Positions 1 through 9,783 of a DNA stretch of 64,000 nt are shown here, in pieces (within the stretch, counting starts at the first letter, position 1; each line of letters starts with the position of its first letter). The position numbers and the translations under genes are program-made. The stretch spans positions 29,946,001-30,010,000 of the forward strand of contig NC_043009.1 in NCBI RefSeq assembly GCF_006345805.1, written 5' to 3'. This DNA comes from Octopus sinensis. Its lineage: Eukaryota. The notes below the pieces were generated by a model. That model was not told the origin of the DNA. It did no database searches and was given only the letters and a program-made list of their open reading frames with translations.

Positions 1-184
1 GGTCCCTAAATCTGCTTTTGCGCTTATCATCAATAATCAATAAAATCATCCTATCGATATATCTGGTTCGGTTCACTTGTATTTAATCCATTCTTACAAA
101 ACTATTGATACCATAGAATTGAAAAATAATTAAGTAAATCTTATTACCTTAAATTTATTTAAATGTATTTCAGCCCACTCCAAC

Positions 185-265
185 ATCCATGCATGCATGC
201 ATCCATCCATGCATCCATCCATCCATCCATCCATCCATACATACATACATACATACATACATACA

Positions 266-296
<31 letters not shown>

Positions 297-441
297 GTAT
301 ATGTATGTGTGTGTGCATACATATATGTGTAAATATATATATATCGAGAGGTATACAGAGTACACACATACACACACACACACTCATACACACACTGACA
401 CACACACTCATACACACACTGACACGCACACTCACACATAC
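185..441. repeat. Compound microsatellite (CATC)n/(CATA)n/(CA)n
   Basis: Directly visible; accounts for the overlapping ORFs at 130-474. Confidence 0.95.
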
Positions 442-518
442 ATCCTCGTAAAAAGACGCGCGAAGAAAAGTTAAGGAAAAGGATACATCAGGATGACGTT
501 TGGAAATATAAGTAGGTG

Positions 519-557
519 TCTTTTAATGTTTCGAGCTTACGCTCTTCTAGAGAAAGA
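519..557 (-). ncRNA. Decayed Penelope-type minimal hammerhead relic
   Basis: Minus strand reads TCTTT-CTCTAGA-A-GAGC(GTAA)GCTC-GAAA-CAT-TA-AAAGA. Helix I, helix II and GAAA are in place, but the core is CTCTAGA instead of CTGANGA. Confidence 0.4.
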
Positions 558-689
558 ATACAGTGGGGGCGGAGGAATGATCGCCATGCTGAAATGACTG
601 GAAAAAAAAGCAATGGACTTGAAGTGTGGGTGCCATAGGAGACAACTATGAGTTGACATTTGAGTATGATATTCACATATAAATAAGTG

Positions 690-840
690 CAGGCGTGGAT
701 GTGTGGTAAGAAGTTTATTTCACAACCACATGATTTCCAGTTCAATCCCACTACATGGAATCTTACACAAGTGTCTTTTACGGGTGGACCAAAAGCATGT
801 GAGTGAATCTGGTATTCGAAAACTGAAAGAAGCTGCTCAG

Positions 841-843
<3 letters not shown>
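690..843 (+). mobile_element. tRNA-derived SINE, family A (5' half, diverged)
   Basis: gtgtggtaag...caaccacatg...ttcaatcccact...caagtgtctt...aactgaaagaagc matches the fuller copies at 39593-40008 and 57012-57400. Confidence 0.75.
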
Positions 844-880
<37 letters not shown>

Positions 881-884
881 TATA

Positions 885-1325
885 TATATTATATAGAGGG
901 CATTATTACACATAAATGCCGCGCGCTAGGAGGGACTTTTAAAGTTATAACTACCAAATACAAACAAATCGCACGGAATGCAATTCTCGAAGCGAGTCAT
1001 TTAAAAACAGAATTTAGCTCCAGATCACCTGTGATTTCGCAATTAACGCAGTATCAGCGTCCCTTACTCTTCAGTGAAGCGAACTCAAGATATTTCATGA
1101 ATGAAGAAAATCAACATACCAGATAGACAACCGTCGTCTCCATCGTAGCATATGGAACTGTTCACCCCTCATACATCTGTGTAAATGGCTCATAAGAGAA
1201 GAAATCTGTAAATATTTTTCACTTGAAAATATTTATTTATATTATATAGAGGGCATTATTACACATAAATGCCGAACGCTAGGAGGGACTTTTAAAGTCA
1301 TAACTACCAAATATAAACAAATCGC
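885..1325 (-). mobile_element. Retrozyme-like repeat, subfamily A, left arm (tandem partial copies with an internal deletion)
   Basis: 885-1187 is the near-perfect reverse complement of about 1388-1692. The gagggcattattacacataaatgcc block recurs at 896 and 1249 (period 353, about 106 nt shorter than the 459-nt monomer). Contains a hammerhead on the minus strand. Confidence 0.8.
1010..1086 (-). ncRNA. Type I hammerhead ribozyme (retrozyme A, left copy)
   Basis: Minus strand reads GAGTT-CG-CTTCA-CTGAAGA-GTAA-GG-GACGC(TGATACT)GCGTT-AA-TTGC-GAA-ATCAC(AG)GTGAT-C^TGGAG-CTA-AATTC. Full core consensus; predicted AUC cleavage between 1023 and 1022. Confidence 0.8.
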
Positions 1326-1790
1326 CATTTTCTAAATTTGTTCCGAAGAAGCATGTTGCTATCGAAATGCAATTCGAAAAAGCCCGACATTTACACAGAT
1401 GTATGAGGGGTGAACAGTTCCATATGCTACGATGGAGACGACGGTTGTCAATCTGGTATGTTGATTTTCTTCATTCATGATATATCTTGAGTTCCCTTCA
1501 CTGAAGAGCAAGGGACGCGGATACTGCTTTAATTGCGAAATCACAGGTGATCTGGAGCTAAATTCTGTTTTTAAATGACTCGCTTCGAGAATTGCATTCG
1601 GTGCGATTTGTTTATATTTGGTAGTTATCACTTTAAAAGTCCCTTCCTAGCGTGCGGCATTTATGTGTAATAATGCCCCCTATATAATATAAATAAATAT
1701 TTTCAAATGAAAAAATTTACAGATTTTTTCTCTTATGAGGTTTTTCACGCTAACTACTTGATAATTCTTATTAAGATTTTATCCTATTTT
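1326..1790 (+). mobile_element. Retrozyme-like repeat, subfamily A, one complete monomer (about 459 nt)
   Basis: Starts and ends in ATTTT (1327-1331 and 1786-1790). The fragment at 48585-48639 reads through this junction. Homologous along its length to the 482-bp unit at 1896-2377. Carries a hammerhead. Confidence 0.8.
1489..1565 (+). ncRNA. Type I hammerhead ribozyme (retrozyme A, right copy)
   Basis: Helix I CTTCA(1496-1500)/TGGAG(1553-1557), extended by GAGTT/AATTC. Core CTGAAGA 1501-1507. Helix II GCAA/TTGC. GAA 1537-1539. Helix III ATCAC(AG)GTGAT. C17 at 1552; predicted AUC cleavage at 1552/1553. Confidence 0.85.
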
Positions 1791-1833
1791 ATATACATTT
1801 ATATATATATACATTTATATATTATATATATAT

Positions 1834-1895
<62 letters not shown>

Positions 1896-1899
<4 letters not shown>

Positions 1900-2559
1900 T
1901 TTAACAATTAAGGATAATCTCTTAATAAGGGATCTTAACAAGAAATTATCAGGCAGCTAGCGTGAAAACCTCATAAAAGAAAAGAATTCGAAAATAATTC
2001 TTTTCTTTTGAACAAATTAATTATATCTATATTGTATAGAGGGCATTATTACACATAAATGCCTCACACTAAGAGGGACAAAGTCATTACTACCAAAATT
2101 ATACTAATCATACCCAAATGCAGTTTTTCAAAGCAAGACATTTAAAAAAATGAATTTAGTTCTGTATCACCGTGATTTCACATTCAACTTTACGTCTTAT
2201 GATCCTCAGCAGAACTGATTCTGAACACATCATAAATAAACTACCAACCTTACGTAGCGAAGACGAACAGACAACTGCTCACTCCGGCCAAGCACATGGA
2301 ATGTTTATAAATCATATATCCGGTAAATGGCGGGCTTTTTACGAACTGCATGTCGGGTAATGAAAAGTATTTCGGAATAAGTTTAACAATTAAGGATAAT
2401 CTCTTAATAAGGGATCTTAACAAGAAATTATCAGGCAGCTAGCGTGAAAACCTCATAAAAGAAAAGAATTCGAAAATAATTTTTTTCTTTTGAACAAATT
2501 AATTATATCTATATTGTATAGAGGGCATTATTACACATAAATGCCTCACACTAAGAGGG

Positions 2560-2564
<5 letters not shown>
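1896..2564 (-). mobile_element. Retrozyme-like repeat, subfamily B, 482-bp monomer plus 187-bp terminal redundancy
   Basis: 1896-2082 is repeated almost identically at 2378-2564 (period 482). Flanked by (TA)n on both sides. Diverged homolog of subfamily A with a hammerhead at the equivalent position. Confidence 0.8.
2152..2221 (-). ncRNA. Type I hammerhead ribozyme (retrozyme B)
   Basis: Minus strand reads GAAT-C-AGTTCTG-CTGAGGA-TCAT-AA-GAC(GTAAA)GTT-GA-ATGT-GAA-ATCAC(G)GTGAT-A^CAGAACT-AA-ATTC. Perfect 7-bp helix I and intact core; the first helix II pair is a U.U mismatch. Predicted AUA cleavage at 2165/2164. Confidence 0.75.
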
Positions 2565-2608
<44 letters not shown>

Positions 2609-3227
2609 TATATATTATATATAAAAGTGAACCTTAAATTATATAACATACGTTTGTTCGAAATTTGAACTTCTAAAGGCAAATTAACTACATTTACAGT
2701 GGAGAAAAATTCTTTCATCGTAAAAAGGTGTTAAACACCATCTCTGTTCTCTGTCGAGTTCCCAGTCAGGTCCCAAACTCCTTAGTCACTAACACTAGGA
2801 TATACCGAAGACAGACTTGATTAAAGCTGTGGCTTAAACTAAGATACAGTGGACAGCATTGAATGAGTTGTGCAGTTAGACGACGAAGATTAACTGCTCA
2901 AAAACTTAAAACAGTCTCGGTGCCAAGGAGTATTTAGGCATCAACAAACTTCAGTTTAGTTAAATATGTTTGTGACAAATATCATGTTTGTCACATATGT
3001 CCGATTGAGGGCAGCACTGAACAGATATGGTGATTTTACAACTTTTTACAACAATAGGGAAGAAATTTTTTCACGGTGGCTGCAGTGAATTTGGTTTTAG
3101 AATTTGAAATATGTCACGCACAGGTTTTAGGCATAAGTAAATTGTTAACTAAGGCAAAGTTCGTTTATGCCTAAACACAAAGCTTGGCGCTGATACTGTT
3201 GTAATATGTGTGTGTTGTGCGTGTGTA

Positions 3228-3287
<60 letters not shown>

Positions 3288-3334
3288 GGACTGATTTTTG
3301 TGTTTAATTTTATCGGTCATCAGTGTTTGATAAA

Positions 3335-3455
3335 TGTTACTTGATAACAATTGGTGTGTCTATGTTTCCGTAACTTAACGATTCGTGAAAGAAACCGATG
3401 GAATAGGTACAAGCTCTTTTGAAAAGTAATTACTGGTGCTTCGTCCAAGTAAAAC
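3335..3455 (+). mobile_element. SINE family A 3' tail, strongly degraded
   Basis: ttggtgtgtctatgtttccgtaacttaacgattcgtgaaagaaaccgatggaataggtac resembles the tail of the family A copies and follows a (TG)/(TA) tract as in intact copies. Confidence 0.45.
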
Positions 3456-3556
3456 CTTCACGTCAGTGTCAAACATGGTTCCTCTGGAATGAATAAAACA
3501 ATTAAAGGTAAACTATCCGTGTGTGCATGTGTGCGTGTGCGAGTGTGTGTGTATGC

Positions 3557-3592
<36 letters not shown>

Positions 3593-3606
3593 ATATATAT
3601 ATATAT

Positions 3607-3652
<46 letters not shown>

Positions 3653-4204
3653 TCTGCCATCCAATAACCTATCGATGTGCTGATGGTTATGTCAGGATGA
3701 TGTGAGTAAAAGGATAAGAGGCGAAGGTAATATTTGGAATTGCTTGTTGTGTTTCCAAGTGAAACAGAAGCCAATGATCGAGTGAGGATCTTCTACCTGT
3801 TTCATACAGCCTATCGATCGTCAGCAGATTGAAATGAATGTTATTTAACTACACAAATGAAGAATCATGTATGAAGCACAGAAAAATTTTCTCAGATGTT
3901 TTCCCCATTATCCAATTCTCCTTTCTCCTATTATTCTGCTTTTTAAAAAAAAAATGCTCTTCTCCACGTAAGTAATTTGTAATTCTTTGTCAGCCACCCT
4001 CTATCACTAATGTAATTAGTGACATTTAAAGGTGCTTCTCTTTCATTTCCTTTATCGGTGACGACAATGATGACAATGCTGATAATGCTGATAACACTGA
4101 TGATGTTGTTGATGTTGATGATGAAGGGGAGCATACTGATTGATGATGTTTTGCTTTTCCAACTCGGTCACACTATAGTCAATAGCTACATTAGTAATAT
4201 TTCA

Positions 4205-4229
4205 AATAATAATAATAATAATAATAATA

Positions 4230-4289
<60 letters not shown>

Positions 4290-4428
4290 TGATAATAATA
4301 ATGATAATAATAATAATAATAACAATAACAATAATAATAATAATGAGAAGAAGAAGAAGAAGAAGAAGAAGAAGAAGAAGAAGAAGAAGAAGAAGAAGAA
4401 GAAGAAGAAGAAGAAGAAGAAGAAGAAG
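4205..4428. repeat. (AAT)n followed by (AAG)n microsatellite
   Basis: Directly visible; source of the poly-I/poly-R ORF 4019-4456. Confidence 0.95.
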
Positions 4429-4584
4429 ATTAGAAATAAAGCAAAAACAACATTAAATCAATAAGCTTCTTACCAAACGTAATGTATCTCCTTAACAATG
4501 CCTTCCATATTTCCTTTCCAAATATACCACGTTTTTTTTTTTTTTGGCCAGCGTAAAATTAAGCAATAATAATATTTATCCTTT

Positions 4585-4779
4585 ATAGTGAAGGCACAAA
4601 GCCTGAAATTTTGGGTGAGGGGACGAATCGATTACATCGAATTCACTGCTTAACTAGTACTTATGTTTTCGACCGGTGAAAGGCAAAGTCGACCTCGGCG
4701 GATTTCGAACTAAGACATACGAAATGCCTCTAAGCATTTCACCTGACGTGCTAATGATTCTGCCAGCTCTCCCGCCTTC
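4585..4779 (-). mobile_element. tRNA-derived SINE, family B
   Basis: gaaaggcaaagtcgacctcggcgga...aagcatttc...gtgctaatgattctgccagctc, shared with the copies at 28851, 31338, 36494, 60041 and 63693. Confidence 0.8.
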
Positions 4780-4946
4780 AGACTGTTTTGAATAATATAG
4801 GTGTAGCTTCCTCTGCATATATGCTGAGTACTTCTTTTCGTTCGGTCACTCGCTCGCACATAAATATTTGGTGACCTCAAGAGTCGCCATGATTTACCGC
4901 TAAATCCACTAGATTTTTTTATTCTCTTTCTGTATATTTCCTCGTG

Positions 4947-4984
4947 TTCGCTTCTGCTGAAGAGCATAGACTCAAAACGTAGAA
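4947..4984 (+). ncRNA. Decayed Penelope-type minimal hammerhead relic
   Basis: TTC-GCTT-CTGCTGA-A-GAG(CATAGA)CTC-AAAA-CG-TA-GAA. Same family as 519-557; core A6 to C and G12 to A substitutions. Confidence 0.35.
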
Positions 4985-5204
4985 TGATTTGTCATCTTCC
5001 TGAGCGTCAAACTAATACGCATGCTTGTTGTTTATACACCTATTTTTTCTGTAAATTTCAGCTATATATGTATATATATATATATATATATTATATATAA
5101 AATGAGATAGGGGTTGAAAATTCAACCCACCATGGGATAACATATATCCAATATACTGCTAGAGAGGTACCCAACGACATATATATATATATATATATAT
5201 ATAT

Positions 5205-5348
5205 ACAACGAGCTTCTTTCACTTTCCGCAACCAAATCCACTCACGAGTCTATAGTAGAAAGACACTTGCCCAAGGTGCCATGAGGTGGGACTGAAACCA
5301 GAATCATGTGGTTGGGGAGCAAGCTTCTTTCCACACAGTCACTCCTAA
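5205..5348 (-). mobile_element. SINE family A (5' half)
   Basis: ccaaatccactcac...tatagtagaaagacacttgcccaaggtgcc...gtgggactgaa...catgtggttgg. Confidence 0.8.
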
Positions 5349-5400
5349 TTATGTACATATGTATATATATATGTATATATGTTTACGTCATGTCACTTTC

Positions 5401-5937
5401 GAGTGTTACTGGTAACATGTAACCCAGTACAACCTCTTGCATGTTCGGGTCGTCGGCGACTAAACCGGCAACTCCACCAAGCTTGCTTGGTGATGAGGGT
5501 GTTTATTGGTCACACTGCGGGATGAAAATCAAAATCCGTCAAAGGGCGGAGGAACTTTTGAGAGTCAACGGCCATCCAATATATGTCGTAAGGCTGTATC
5601 ATGCGCGGGGACAGAAATAATCGGACTGAATACCCGATCGCGCGGTTAAACCATTGGGAGTGAAGGACTCCTAGTCTTTGTTAGGGCATCCTTCTAGGAG
5701 AAGGTAACTCAGGTAACTGGGATAACTCCGAAATAAAACCTGCGGCTCAGTGGTTACCGATGATGTTGAGTTGTTCCTCTTTTTGGGTTATGGCTGTTGT
5801 TGCTTAGTGAGTGGGATTAACTCAGTGCACAGCCTTTCCACACTTTAAAAAAAATCTTCTTGCACAGGAATTGCACGATAACAACATTGATTAAACTTCG
5901 TGCAATAGCCGTACCCGATAACGAGGGGGCAGCCACC
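5401..5937 (+). mobile_element. Probable 5' UTR fragment of an RTE-type LINE
   Basis: GC-richer island with ggcatccttctaggagaaggtaactc, recalled as an RTE 5' UTR motif; structured 5' end. No ORF follows. Confidence 0.35.
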
Positions 5938-5944
5938 ATATATG

Positions 5945-6051
<107 letters not shown>

Positions 6052-6092
6052 TGTGTGTGTGTGTATAAATACACACACACATATATATATGC

Positions 6093-6407
6093 TGGGATCC
6101 TCTTCGGTCACGACTGACCATGTTATTGCACATAGAATGTTACCCTCCGAGGTACATGTCCGGTAGATTGTTTATGGAAGACCACCAGTCACCCATGCAT
6201 ACCAGCCTCTCCTTTCCACACCACTCATATTATCCAAGCGAAATGCAAAGGCTTGGCACCAGTGGTGTCGCGGCTCATTTCTACATGTGACTTAACTGGA
6301 GCAACGTGAAATAAAATATCTTGCTCTAGAACACAACACGCAACAAGGTCGGGGAATCGAACTCACAAACTCACGATCGCTCTAACCACCGTGCCATGCG
6401 CCTTCAC
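6093..6407 (-). mobile_element. tRNA-derived SINE, head type D with tail X
   Basis: ctggagcaacgtgaaataaa...cttgctc...acacaac...gggaatcgaactcacaa...taaccac is shared with 62306-62636, but the 3' tail differs. Confidence 0.75.
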
Positions 6408-6447
6408 TATATATATATACATACATATATATATATATTATATATAT

Positions 6448-6542
<95 letters not shown>

Positions 6543-6748
6543 AGGACCTTATTATTCATAAAAATAATAACAGTCGTGGCCGGAAGCGTAAAATACTTAT
6601 AAGCAAAATTAATAAATACACATAAAATAGGAAATTCATTTATAAGAGGATATTAATAAGCAACTGCTTTCCTAAAGATAGAGAATCAAAACTCCGGAAC
6701 CACTTATCGAATATATATATGTTATATATATGCTATACATATACATAT

Positions 6749-6835
<87 letters not shown>

Positions 6836-6860
6836 CATATATGTTATATATATATATATG

Positions 6861-6894
<34 letters not shown>

Positions 6895-7074
6895 TGTATG
6901 TATGTGCATCTATATTTACTAGGAAAGGATGATGATTTGCATTCATTCCGATTTACACCTGTAAAAGTTAATATATATTTTAATGAAAAGTATTTAATAA
7001 CTAATTTAATATATATTACGCTTACATATATGTATTGATAGGAAAAAATCTCAGATTCATTTGTGTATATATGG

Positions 7075-7885
7075 GTTGCGATGGATAATTTATCACCAGT
7101 TTATATTTTTAGTTTTGCGGTTGAGTATCCTTTTTTTCTTTTTGGGATTTTGTCCACTACACAGTAAAGTAGGATCCGTTAGGCACCGTATGTGACAAAA
7201 AAACAGAACCATAACGCAATTCACTTTGCCAGATATTAGGAAACGACTTGTTGTACCGCTTGGCATTGGGGCCGGAAGCTTCAATACGAACATTTTAGAG
7301 AGTTTGGATATCAATCTGAGGTCAGTGCATGTACCGAGAATGATAACAATCAAACATCCAGTTAATATCGTGGTGTTTGGAGTGATCATTAGTGATGGTA
7401 GCGTTATGTCTCTGTTCATCTTCCCACACGGAGTTAGACTCAACATGGGGGCCTACTTCAAGTGCCTGGAGGAGGAAGTGTTGCCCTGGGTCAAGAGGTT
7501 GGCTGCTGGAAGACCCTATATCTGGTAACATGGCTCTGCACCATGCCACAAAACCAGGAGATACTGGACTGTAATCCCCTTGATTATTATGTGCCGGGTG
7601 CATTTGAGAGAGAAACAAACAACACTTCTTGTAACATCAAAGATGAGGTGAATGATTAAGGCAGCATTCACCAGCTTAAAAGTGAGAATAACACTGACAG
7701 CATTCACCAAGGAAACTGGCTAGAAGAGTTACAGAAAATTCCGAATTCGTGTGGAGGCTGTGGTTGAAGCCAATAGCGATTTTATTGAACAAATTTAGTT
7801 TTTCAAGATACTTTTATGTAATTTAGGTAAATATATTAGCTAAAATGAGATGTCAGTGTTATTCTCACTTTTAAGTAATTTAGAC
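7075..7885 (+). pseudogene. Tc1/mariner-superfamily (maT/DD37D-like) transposase relic
   Basis: ORF 7226-7528 reads KHPVNIVVFGVIISDGSVMSLFIFPHGVRLN...VLPWVKRLAAGRPYIW, then *HGSAPCHK, DCNPLDYYV and a RVEAVVEAN-like C-terminus. Stops and frameshifts present; ends approximate. Confidence 0.75.
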
Positions 7886-7945
7886 GACAATATATTGCTG
7901 CACACTGTAAATAAATAAATAAATAAATATATATATATATAATAT

Positions 7946-8020
<75 letters not shown>

Positions 8021-8067
8021 TATGTATGTATGTATGTATCTATGTATGCATGTATCTATGTATGTAT

Positions 8068-8125
<58 letters not shown>

Positions 8126-8925
8126 TAATTGCTTGATAACTGGAAAAAGATAAAATCAGATAGATACATAGATCCGTGTGTGAATGTTTGTGGGGGTATA
8201 TATGTTGCCCCTCACATTTTGCAATTGTCTTTAATAAACGACTTTAAAGGGGAATAAATAAATATAATGAAATATACTGGCTTACTAAACCATATATCAA
8301 TTGACCTAACCAAATACCAAGTAAAGTATCAACAATATTTGACTATAACATACCTGGTGGTCAACTGGATCAACCTCATTTTTGTCTGTAGTCATCTGTC
8401 TCGAAACTAGACGTGTTAGCGTTTCTACAGACCCGTCTTTACAGTTCAGACCTTTTTTTTTACTGTTTCAGGGTCTACGTAATAATTGATTAAACAAAAT
8501 TATAAGCTGCTTAGATAAGAACTTGTAACAATCTTACACCTTTTGAAGATATTAGCCAGTGAATAGAAAATGAATTATTAAATGAATAAATGAAATATTT
8601 GGAGCTAACTCTCCCATCCAGCATCAAATTTACTCCCAAAAGTTGTAAGACCGCTGCACTGAAACACAAGTTATTTAAAAGGAAATGTATCGACTTCTTT
8701 TCTGGCGACGTTCTTTTTCTGTCAACTGAACTGTCTCTTACTCCATTTGCTGCCTAAGTTTACCATAGGCACGTGGAGCCTTAATTACATTGTTAGGCAA
8801 GAAATCATCGCATAACTGATATTGCTGGTGGTTCGAATTACAGGTGCAGTCCTTCTAACGTGCTTTCAAAGAGACAAAACAAGGAATGAGTAGGGGTCAG
8901 AGACAAATGTATGCGGACAATAGAA

Positions 8926-8974
<49 letters not shown>

Positions 8975-9022
8975 GAAAAAACAAGTAAAAAATAGAAAAT
9001 GCTAAAATAATTTTATAGTGAA

Positions 9023-9069
9023 CATTCAGTACCGGTTTCGGTCATTTTGAGACCTTTTCAACTGTAACG
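9023..9069 (-). ncRNA. Minimal type I hammerhead, U3-A8 core variant, in the Penelope 3' terminal region
   Basis: Minus strand reads CGTT-A-CAG-TTGAAAA-GGTC(TCAAAAT)GACC-GAA-ACCGGT-A^CTG-AATG. Palindromic helix III; predicted GUA cleavage at 9030/9029. Confidence 0.7.
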
Positions 9070-9409
9070 ATTAAATAATTAAATTTAGAAAAATTAGAAG
9101 AAAAGTTTTTTTAAAAGAATATTTCTATAGTAGTGTTCAGATTTAAGTGGCATTCTGCCTTCTCTGACTCCCTTGTTTGCACTTGTGTGTTCGAGGTAGT
9201 TGTGAGTTCTTGGTAGGGTAGTAGAGGGAAGGCTGGTGCGGAAAGGGGGGTGGGAGAATCTGGGAGTGCCCTGATGGTCGTATTTTGAATGGTCAGTGGC
9301 GGCTGGCAGTCTCAGTTCAATTCAGGAGAATATTTATATTGACAGGCTTGTTTATAGAATTAGCGTAGGTGTTATACTAAAAAACATTAGTGACAAACTT
9401 AAGGGGTAG

Positions 9410-9655
9410 GGGGTGGAGAAGAAGAAGAAGAAGAAGAAGAAGAAGGAGAAGGAGAAGGAGAAGATGACGATGATGGTGATGGTGGTGATGATTATGACGA
9501 CGATGATGATGATAACGATGATGATGAAGAAGAAGAAGAAGAAGGAGGAGGAGAAGGAGAAGATGGTGGTGATGATGGTGGCGATGATGATGATGCCGAT
9601 GATGATGATAACGATGATGATGAAGAAGAAGAGGAAGAAGAAGAAGAAGAAAAAA
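9410..9655. repeat. Compound (GAA)n/(GAT)n block present as two tandem higher-order copies
   Basis: Directly visible inside the Penelope 3' UTR. Confidence 0.9.
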
Positions 9656-9783
9656 ACAGAGAAGGGAGAATATGAATGGGTGTAAATATAGCTATGAAGG
9701 GGCTGATTAGTAATGGATTCTATGGAGTGTAGTATTTGTGTGTGTATATATATTTTTTTCTTTTATTCTAAAGTTGAGGTATA

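Noticed and set aside
896-929. Helitron-like end: GGCATT...AATGCC hairpin followed by CTAG (CTAA in subfamily B)
   Set aside because: Homology between copies continues well past the CTRR and copies do not end there; the hammerhead explains the family better.
1359-2360. ORFs 1359-1631 and 2172-2360 inside the repeat family
   Set aside because: Both are antisense to the ribozyme strand, are not kept in the same frame between subfamilies and resemble no known protein.
3785-3832. Minus-strand CTGACGA...GAAACAGGTA hammerhead-like string
   Set aside because: Helix I and helix II do not pair.
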